64,000 nt of DNA from Octopus sinensis (Eukaryota): positions 16,244,001 to 16,308,000 of the forward strand of contig NC_043014.1 in NCBI RefSeq assembly GCF_006345805.1, in the 5' to 3' direction. The position numbers were made by a program, and so were the translations under genes. Below are positions 23,851-32,400 of this stretch, piece by piece (position 1 is the stretch's first letter; each line of letters starts with the position of its first letter). Below the pieces are notes generated by a model that was given only the letters and a program-made list of their open reading frames with translations, was not told the DNA's origin and searched no databases.

Positions 23851-25829
23851 TCTTCTTCGGTCTGGTTCGGGGTCAACTGGGTGCCCTCGCCGGCAGACGA
23901 GAGCGACATCTTTCCTCTCCGACTCTTTCGGTAACGGATGCAAGTAATGAGCAGGGCCAGAAGCAATATGGACACGATGGTGACACCAAGGACAATGGTT
24001 GAAATAAGAATAACGTTCTCATCATCAGACTGTGGTTTCTTGAGTTCTGGTGTTGTTGCTGCTGCCATTGTGGTGTCCAGCATTGGGTTGATATTGAGTT
24101 CTGGTGTTGTTGATGCTACCATTGTGGTGTCCAGCATTGGGTTGATATTGAGTTCTGGTGTTGTTGATGCTACCATTGTGGTGTCCAGCATTGGGTTGAT
24201 ATTGAGTTCTGGTGTTGTTGATGCTACCATTGTGGTGTCCAGCATTGGGTTGATATTGAGTTCTGGTGTTGTTGATGCTACCATTGTGGTGCTCGGCATT
24301 GGGTTGATATAGCCCCCAGCACAAGCTCCCATCGGGATTATTTGGGCCGATTGCAGCTTGAAAGGTTTCATTGCTTTCCTTGCTGAAAGTTTCACCCGCT
24401 TTTTGTCATCAACTAGGCGTTCAAAAAGGGCATTGGTAGCATCATCGGGGCATTTTGTGCCGACGAGAGTGTTGTTTGTCCATGACACCTCCACAGACCC
24501 CTCTGTTATTTCGAGCACTGTGACGCTGCTCGCATCTGCGTCTCCGTACAATTTGCCGATCTTGTCAATGAGATTGAGCCTCGAGTCGAGGTTTGACATG
24601 AATTTCTTGTACTCCATACTGAACTTCATCTTGATCTTGTGGGTTACCTTGTTGCTCTTGAGGTTCTTGTTCTTCAGAACCTTCACGAGGAAGTCCATGT
24701 TGTTGAACATTCCATCACTGTTTATCGCCACCACTGTCACGTTGAGGATGCCCACATTGCTTTCCATTGGCAGCCCAATTATGCTCTTGTTATTGGCCGG
24801 GTCTCTCTGCAGCCAAATGTTGGGAGGGAGTTGCTTAAGGAAAAATGCCAGCATCAAGCGGTCGCTGGGCACCTTGCAGTCAATGAACGTGTCAGATGGC
24901 ACAGAGAAGTAGGCTCGCTTCCCGACCTCGAATTCCTGTACAGGAATCCTGTGTGCTATTCGTGGTTTTAGCTTTCTTGCGCGACTGCAATATTCGGGCA
25001 TGCTGATGGCCATTCCATCTGTATGTCGGTGGTGGGTCTTGTGCGAATGCAGGTGGGTGCGCGTCGGTGCAATGTCAGTGACAGCCGGGGTGGCCATGAT
25101 GGCTGCACGCCTTACTCTCTTCTCAGGCAGGGTTACTTGTCTGTTTGTCACATGCCACCCTACAACTCCATGACCGAGGAGCTCGGACAAGGTGCCATTT
25201 GCTGAAATTGATTCCACCCTCTGTAGAACGTTCATGTGCTGCAGCTCCACTCGGCCACAACCAACCAGCCACGTGACAAGCACCCCGGGGTGTTTTGCGA
25301 TTTTTGTGTCACCGGGCCCTGATACAAGGGTGGATGAGGACGATGTGTCTGGGGTGACTGCATGGACAGGAGGGATGGGCCTGTTGCCAGTGGTGGCAGG
25401 ACCGACCTTAAACATCTCAGACACAAGCTCTAGATTGTGCTCCAGTTTCTTTAACAGTTCCACAATGCCGTGGGGAGGAAGTTGATCAAGGTCTGCATCA
25501 ACAATTAGCGTAAATGCTGTCTCTGGCTCCTGGGGCATGCATCGGATGACTGGTGGAGAATTTGAACCCTTGCTGTTCTTCTTTGATGATGAACCACTGA
25601 TTGCTGCTGCTTCTGCCGCCGCTGTGGCGGGTTTCGAGCTTTCTTTGGTCACATGAATCGAGAAGACGTCTTTGGCGAACTGACTAACAGCTCCTTGGTC
25701 CTCAGCCTGCGCCACAACCTCAATGTAATACTGGGCGATGTCTGCTGGTTTCGGGACTCCAGAGAAGGTACGAGTCTCAACGTCGAAATACAACCACTTG
25801 GGTAGGGTCGTCTTGCCAGCCTCCATTAC
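23823..25829 (-). CDS. DAG1: Dystroglycan-like protein, coding exon 2 (Ig/cadherin-like, S6-like, furin site, short mucin, second Ig, SEA, TM, truncated tail)
   Basis: Acceptor ttccag|GTA at 25830/25829; VMEAGKTTLPKWLYFD..FSGVP, furin site RVRR (25118-25107), EG/SVEVSWTNNTL autoproteolysis site (human RG/SIVVEWTNNTL), hydrophobic TM followed by RYRKSRRGK; TAA at 23825-23823. Confidence 0.92.
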   Translation of the reverse strand, partial: VMEAGKTTLPKWLYFDVETRTFSGVPKPADIAQYYIEVVAQAEDQGAVSQFAKDVFSIHVTKESSKPATAAAEAAAISGSSSKKNSKGSNSPPVIRCMPQEPETAFTLIVDADLDQLPPHGIVELLKKLEHNLELVSEMFKVGPATTGNRPIPPVHAVTPDTSSSSTLVSGPGDTKIAKHPGVLVTWLVGCGRVELQHMNVLQRVESISANGTLSELLGHGVVGWHVTNRQVTLPEKRVRRAAIMATPAVTDIAPTRTHLHSHKTHHRHTDGMAISMPEYCSRARKLKPRIAHRIPVQEFEVGKRAYFSVPSDTFIDCKVPSDRLMLAFFLKQLPPNIWLQRDPANNKSIIGLPMESNVGILNVTVVAINSDGMFNNMDFLVKVLKNKNLKSNKVTHKIKMKFSMEYKKFMSNLDSRLNLIDKIGKLYGDADASSVTVLEITEGSVEVSWTNNTLVGTKCPDDATNALFERLVDDKKRVKLSARKAMKPFKLQSAQIIPMGACAGGYINPMPSTTMVASTTPELNINPMLDTTMVASTTPELNINPMLDTTMVASTTPELNINPMLDTTMVASTTPELNINPMLDTTMAAATTPELKKPQSDDENVILISTIVLGVTIVSILLLALLITCIRYRKSRRGKMSLSSAGEGTQLTPNQTEEEVGIAETVE
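24041..24310 (-). repeat. Coding minisatellite, 54 bp x5 (INPMLDTTMVASTTPELN)
   Basis: ccattgtggtg recurs at 24065 and 24119 (period 54); five units in the translation. Confidence 0.95.
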
Positions 25830-25982
25830 CTGGAAAGAATAGAAAAAGGAGGAATGATTAGATATTTTAGTTGATGAAGGACAAAAAGAAATCATTTAAA
25901 AGCAAAAATTAAAACAAAAAACACCAATAACAAACTATAGATACAGATACAGCTTAAAAATAAAAATAATAATAATAATTAT

Positions 25983-26376
25983 AGGCACAGGAGTGGCTGT
26001 GTGGTAAGTAGCTTGCCTACCAACCACATGGTTCTGGGTTCAGTCCCACTGCGTGGCATCTTGGGCAAGTGTCTTCTGCTATAGCCTCGGGCCGACCAAT
26101 GCCTTGTGAGTGGATTTGGTAGACGGAAACTGAAAGAAGCCCGTCGTATATATGTATATATATATATGCGTGTATGTGTTTGTCCCCCTAGCATTGCTTG
26201 ACAACCAATACTGGTGTGTTTACGTCCCCGTCACTTAGCGGTTCAGCAAAAGAGACCGATAGAATAAGTACTAGGCTTACAAAGAATAAGTCCCGGGGTC
26301 GATTTGCTCGACTACAGGCGGTGCTCCAGCATGGCCGCAGTCAAATGACTGAAACAAGTAAAAGAGTAAAAGAGTA
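25983..26376 (+). mobile_element. SINE family A, full length
   Basis: A/B boxes, core and aaaagagta tail as in other copies. Confidence 0.9.
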
Positions 26377-26780
26377 ATCCTTTCTACTGTAGGCACAAGG
26401 CCTGAAATTTTGGGAGAGGGGACTAATTGATCACATCGGCCCCAATGTTTCACTGGTACTTAAATTTATCAAACCTGAAAGGATGAAAGGCTTATTGTTC
26501 TCAAATATCTAGATATCAGCAACAACAACAACAACAACTATAACCAGTAATATTAATCACAGCTATACCATACATTAGATCTAGTTAGTTAGTTAGTTAA
26601 TTTTTTGGCTCGAAAAGCAAAAAGCAAGGCTATGTAGGGGGACATGGAGTTATGTACAGGGTGGTGTTCATGTAAATAGTTCAGGCCACTTGAGGTCTAA
26701 AGTATAGTAGAATGCCTGCCCATGGTAGTTTGCAGAAGTTTAGGGACTTTTATAACTGACCTTAGTCATTTTACTACACA

Positions 26781-27941
26781 GCTAATAAGCTGACCTGCCA
26801 ACTTTTGTTGTTCCAGATGGCTGAAACAACATTCTGGACAGACCCAACTCAAACACTTTGTTACAGTTGACCAATCTGTAGAATGTAATTGTGATGTGAA
26901 GACAAGTAGGAAGCTTGCTTGTAACTGTCCTAAATTATTGTAATTTCAGTATTTCATTATCATACATCTAATAAGCTGACCTGCCAACTTTTGTTGTTCC
27001 ATATTAGCCCTTTCATTACTGTATTTATTTTGAGATGCTCTGTGTTTCTTTCAATTATTCTAAATATAACAAAGAATTTAGCAAAATAACTTAGTTATCA
27101 TTCAGCTACTGTTAGGAACATAAATTGTGACTGAGGTTTGATAGAAGATTTTAATTCAAAACTTATGGAAACAAGAAATTTGTACTCAGAGCCAGAGCCG
27201 GTTTCAGCTGGGTTGGTAACGAAAGGGTTAAAGGAGACAGCTATTAGAGCACTTTGAACCCATCCTACAAAACACTGTTTGTTACAGTTGACTGGTTTGT
27301 AGAATGAAATCAGGATGTGAAGAGAATTTGGAAGCTCACCACACAATGGAGTTTTGCATTCTAACCGTCCTAAATTTTTGGAATTTCATTATCGTACATT
27401 TAATAAAGCTGACCTGCCAACTTTTGTTGTTCCAGATTGAAGAAGGCGGCTGTAACAGCAATTTGGAAACATCCTGCTATAAACACTGCTTGTCTTGGTT
27501 GCTGAGTTTGCAGAATGTAGCTGTGAGGTTTGGAAGCTTTTTATGGAATACAATTTTGTGCTAATCACAGCAAAACCATTAAACATCTCTTTTTTTTTTT
27601 TTTTTTGCATGTCACAGCTGAATAAATTTTGTGTTCTGTCTTATTATCGTACACCTAACAAGCCAACTTTTGTTATTCCAGATTGAAGGAGATGGCCACA
27701 GCAGAACTTTAGAAACATCAAAGAGCATGGTTCTGGACCCTTTCACTTCGGAGGACTTCCGTGGGGCCTTCACGAATTAGCTGAAGTACTTACAACAAAT
27801 GTATTAAAGTCAGGGGATCCTACTTTGAAGGAGTTTTGGACATGTCGTGGTTGCCCAGTTTGCAGAATGAAGACAATTTAGAGGCTTGCTATGCAATGAA
27901 ATTTTCTGTTCTGTCTTATGTTATTGTAATTTCAGTATATC

Positions 27942-27976
<35 letters not shown>

Positions 27977-28170
27977 TATTATTATTATTATTATACATTA
28001 AATAAGCTGACCTGCCAACTTTTGTTATTCCAGATTGAAAAAAATGGTTGTAACAGCAATTTGGACACACCCTGTTAAACACGGCTGGTCACAGTTGACA
28101 AGTTTGCAGAATGAAGTTCAGGACATGAAGACAATTTGGAAGCTTGCTATGGAAACCTTATGAAATGCTC
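26781..28170 (+). repeat. Five diverged tandem units (about 190-350 bp), each starting with a splice-acceptor-like motif
   Basis: aataagctgacctgccaacttttgttgttccag at about 26784, 26970, 27402, 27655 and 28001. Confidence 0.85.
27008..27227. mobile_element. piggyBac-like MITE
   Basis: TTAG|CCCTTTCATTAC ... GTAACGAAAGGG|TTAA: 12-bp imperfect TIRs and TTAA-type target; interrupts one unit of the local repeat. Confidence 0.7.
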
Positions 28171-29114
28171 CAGACTGGCAGAGAGGAGGGGAGAGACAAT
28201 GAGAGGTATGAGTGGGAGAAAGAGACATGAGAACACCAGAGATGGCTGGGGTAAATTGGCAATCATGCGTCTGTGTGTCTATAAAGACAATAAGCAAACA
28301 GATTGGGATTGGCCCCTGTGCACAGAATTATTCATGAAGGTGCAAAAATTTGCGCCAAGTTTGCTCCCAGGGTGCTCAATGGTGAGCATTCTGGTAATGG
28401 ACTACTTGGCAGGGATGGGCTTGAATAAAAGTTGGGATGGTCACAGCTGGATCATCAGGACTGACCTGGGACTAATGGTGAGCATTCTGGTAATGGGCTT
28501 GAATAAAAGTTGGGATGGTCACAGCTGGAACATCAGGACTGACCTGGGGATAAACAACATCTCCACTCACACAATACCAAATGGAGCTTTTATGTGGTCA
28601 CATCACATGCTCGAAAAAGCAACCAAATTCCCCTCAAATCACACACCACTGTATCTCTCATTAGACAAATATAGTTTTGGCTCTTTCCAGCTGTGGGAAA
28701 ACTATGGGATGGTCATAGCTGGATTGCTTTTGATCATAAAAAGCCTCCTTGTTTAGAGCTGACCCAGGCCTATATATGACAACACTTAACCACAGGCATC
28801 ATTTTAATTATATGTTGAAAGCTTACACACACACACACACACACAGTCATATAACGATCACACACATATCAAAAATCACATATAAACACACACCCCACCA
28901 TCACAAATTTTACACACACACACACACACACTATACCAACATCACAAACCATAAGACATACATACACACACAGAGGAGATAAACAACATACATACACACA
29001 CACATATACATACTAATACATATACACAAACACAGCATACATACATATATATATATATATATATTCACACACAGATAAGCAACGTACACGCGCATACATA
29101 CAAACACATACATA

Positions 29115-29390
29115 TATATTTCTTTACTGCCCACAAGGGGCTAAACACAGAGGGGACAAACAAGGACAGACAAAGGGATTAAGTCGATTACATCGACCCC
29201 AGTGCGTAATTGGTATGTAATTTATTGATTACATCGACCCCAGTGCGTAATTGGTATGTAATTTATCGACCCCGAAAGGGTGAAAGGCAAAGTCGACCTC
29301 AGCGGAATTTGAACTCAGAACATAACAACAGACGAAATACCGCTAAGCATTTCGCCCTGCATGCTAACGTTTCTGCCAGCTCGCCGCCTT
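29115..29390 (-). mobile_element. SINE family B (tRNA-headed, Nin-domain-like core)
   Basis: On minus strand: A-box tggcagaaacgttag, B-box gagttcaaattcc, core gcctttcatcctttcggggtcgataaattaagtaccag, tail gtaaagaaata; small internal duplication. Confidence 0.88.
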
Positions 29391-29444
29391 AAAACGCATA
29401 CATATAGATACACAAGGTAGACAACACACACACACACACAAGGC

Positions 29445-29815
29445 AGGAAGCTGGCAGAAACGTTAGCACGCCGGGTGAAATGCTGCTTAGTGGTGTTATT
29501 GTCTGTCTTTACGTTCTGAGTTCAAATTCCGCCAAAGTCGACTTCGCCTTTCATTCTTTTGGAGTCAATAAATTAAGTACTTATTTCTTTACTGCTCACA
29601 AGGGGCTAAACACAGAGAGGACAAACAAGGACAGACAAATGGATTAAGTCGATTACATCGACCCCAGTGCGTAACTGGTACTTATTTAATTGACCCTGAA
29701 AGGATGAAAGGCAAAGTTGACCTCGGTGGAATTTGAACTCAGAACGTAACGGTGGACGAAATACGGCTACGCATTTCGCACGGCGTGCTAACGTTTCTGC
29801 CAGGTCACCGCCTTT
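29445..29815. mobile_element. Two SINE B copies in opposite orientation (+ 29445-29580, - 29578-29815)
   Basis: Plus-strand head/core abuts the tail of a minus-strand full copy. Confidence 0.85.
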
Positions 29816-29821
29816 ATATAT

Positions 29822-29857
<36 letters not shown>

Positions 29858-30035
29858 AGGTACATTAGAGATATATATCTGTATATGTGTGTGTGTGTGT
29901 ATATATAGCTTGGCAGATTGATGGACAGACGGATATATAGAGAGGCCATAGCCTGCAAATTAAATTCACATCAGTGTTCATATTGGGAGTGCTTAAAGTT
30001 CAAAAGGCTAAACATGTATGTGTGTGTGTATTCTT

Positions 30036-30406
30036 TCTTTTCTTTTACTTGTTTCAGTCATTTGACTGCGGCCATGCTGGAGCACCACCTTTAATCGAGC
30101 AAATCGACCCTGGGACTTATTCTTTGTAAGCCCAGTACTTATTCTATCAGTCTCTTTTTGCCGAACCGCTACGTGACGGGAACGTAAACACACCAGCATT
30201 GGTTGTCAAGCAATGCTAGGGGGACAAACACATATATATATATATGCGACAGGCTTCTTTCAGTTTCCGTCTACCAAATCCACTCACAAGGCTTTGGTCG
30301 GCCAAAGGCATAGCAGAAGACACTTGCCCAAGATGCCACGCAGTGGGACTGAATCCGGAACCATGTGGTTGGGAAGCAAGCTTCTTACCACACAGCCACG
30401 CCTGTG

Positions 30407-30410
<4 letters not shown>
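30036..30410 (-). mobile_element. SINE family A, full length
   Basis: Reverse complement of the 25983-26376 type. Confidence 0.9.
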
Positions 30411-30445
<35 letters not shown>

Positions 30446-30447
<2 letters not shown>

Positions 30448-31230
30448 TCATCATCATCATCATCGTTTAGCGTCCGCTTTCCATGCTAGCATGGGTTGGA
30501 CGGGTCAACTGGGGGTCTGTGAAGCTGGAAGGCTTCGTCAGGCCCAGTCAGATCTGGCAGTGTTTCTACGGCTGGATGCCCTTCCTAACGCCAACCACTC
30601 CGCGAGTGTAGTGGCTGTTTTTTACGTGCCACCTGCACAGGTGCCAGACAGAGCTGGCGAACGGCCACAAACGGATGGTGCTTTTACGTGTCACCGGCAC
30701 GGGGCCAGGCGATGCTGGCAACGGACACGAACGGATGGTGCTTTTACGTGCCACCGACACGGGGCCAGACAGAGCTGTAAAACGGCCACGAACGGACGGT
30801 GCTTTTATGTGTCACCGGCACGGGGGCCAGCCGAGGCTGGCAACGGACGCGACGGATGGTGCTTTTACGTGCCACCGAACGGGGCCAGACGAGCTGGCAA
30901 CGGCCACGAGCGGACGGTGCTTTTACGTGTCACTGGCACGGGGTCCAGCCGAGGCTGGCAATGGACACGAACGGATGGTGCTTTTACGTGCCACCGACAC
31001 GGGGCCAGACAGAGCTGGCAAACGGCCACGAACGGACGGTGCTTTTACGTGTCACCGGCACGGGGCCAGGCGAGGCTGGCAACGAACACGAACGGATGGT
31101 GCTTTTATGTGCCACCGACACGGGGCCAGGCAGAGCTGGCAAACGGCCATGAGCGAATGGTGCTTTTACGTATCACCGGCACGGTTGCCAGACGAGGCTG
31201 ACAGCGGATACGAACGGATGGGTCACTTAA
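30446..31230 (-). mobile_element. RTE 3' UTR/tail with a 10-unit, about 60-bp tandem array
   Basis: ggtgctttta anchors at about 30613, 30677, 30737, 30798, 30858, 30916, 30977, 31038, 31098 and 31159; (GAT)n tail. Confidence 0.88.
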
Positions 31231-31260
31231 CCCCTGCTTTCTGATATATGATTTGATTTT

Positions 31261-32010
31261 GATTGTTCTCACTGGTCTTGCCGGGTCTTCTCACGCACAG
31301 CATACTTCCATAGGTCTCGGTCTCTGGTCATTTCCTTGGTGAGACCTAGAGTTCGAAGGTCGTGCTTCACCACCTCGACCCAGGTTTTCCTGGATCTACC
31401 TCTTCCACAGGTCCCCTCAACTGCCAGGGTGTGGCACTTTTTCACACACCTATCTTCATCCATTCTCACCACATGACCATACCAGCGCAATCGTCTCTCT
31501 TGCACACAACATCTGATTCCTCTTAGGTCCAACTTTTCTCTCAAGGTACTTACACTCTGTCGACTATGAACACTGACATTACACATCCAACGGAGCATAC
31601 TAGCTTCATTTCTCGCGAGCTTACGCATGTCCTCAGCAGTCACGGCCCATGTTTCACTGCCATGCAGCATGGCTGTTCGTACACATGCATCATACAGTCT
31701 GCCTTTTACTCTGAGCGAGAGGCCTTTAGTCACCAACAGAGGTAAGAGCTCCCTAAACTTTGCCCAGGCTATTCTTACTCTAGCCGTTACACTTTCAGCA
31801 CACCCACCCCCACTACTGACTTGGTCACCAAGATAACGGAAGCTATCAACTACTTCTAGTTTTTCCCCCTGGAAAGTGACGGAAGTTGTTTTCTGCAGAT
31901 TTTCAGAGGTTAATGCTGCCGAGCATCTGCCACATACAGAAACCATCTTCCTAGTTAGCCTTCCTATGACATTGCTGCACCTCTTATGTGTCCATAGCTT
32001 ACATTTGGTG
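31261..32010 (-). mobile_element. RTE-clade LINE ORF 3' fragment
   Basis: VVDSFRYLGDQ..ARVRIAWAKFRELLPLL..MLHGSETWAV..RRLRWYGHVVRMDEDRCVKK..GRGRSRKTW. Confidence 0.92.
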
Positions 32011-32157
32011 CATATATATATATATATGTTTGTATGTGCACATATATATGCATATGTAGTATGTATTGATGCAACATGCAGTGTATGTATGTGTGTATAT
32101 GTAAGGGATGTGGACACACGTATGTGGAAATCTGTATGTGTGAATAGAGGTAGATAG

Positions 32158-32200
<43 letters not shown>

Positions 32201-32214
32201 ATATATATATATAT

Positions 32215-32400
32215 AGGCGCAGGAGTGGCTGTATGGTAAGTAGCTTGCTTACCAACCACATGGTTCCGGGTTCAGTCCCACTGCGTGGGATCTTGGGCAA
32301 GTGTCTTCTGCTATAGCCTCGGGCTGACCAATGCCTTGTGAGTGGATTTGGTAGACGGAAACTGAAAGAAGCCTGTTGTATATATGTATATATATATATA
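32215..32400 (+). mobile_element. SINE family A 5' half (split by the Helitron)
   Basis: Head and core end in the internal TA tract where the Helitron begins. Confidence 0.88.

Noticed and set aside
23823-23940. Programmed -1 frameshift or A-to-I stop readthrough to restore the dystroglycan tail
   Set aside because: No X XXY YYZ slippery heptamer was seen between the TM and the stop, and readthrough in the main frame does not encode PPxY.
23734-25485. Plus-strand and alternate-frame ORFs overlapping dystroglycan exon 2
   Set aside because: They are shadows of a GC-balanced coding exon with no independent motifs.
28136-28756. 206-aa plus-strand ORF
   Set aside because: It is a patchwork of repeat fragments, including a duplicated GLNKSWDGHSW segment from the 39-kb repeat family, with no recognisable domain.
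30600-31230. CRISPR array interpretation of the 60-bp repeats
   Set aside because: The context is eukaryotic, there are no cas genes, the spacers are mutually homologous (A/B alternation) and the array is part of an RTE 3' UTR.
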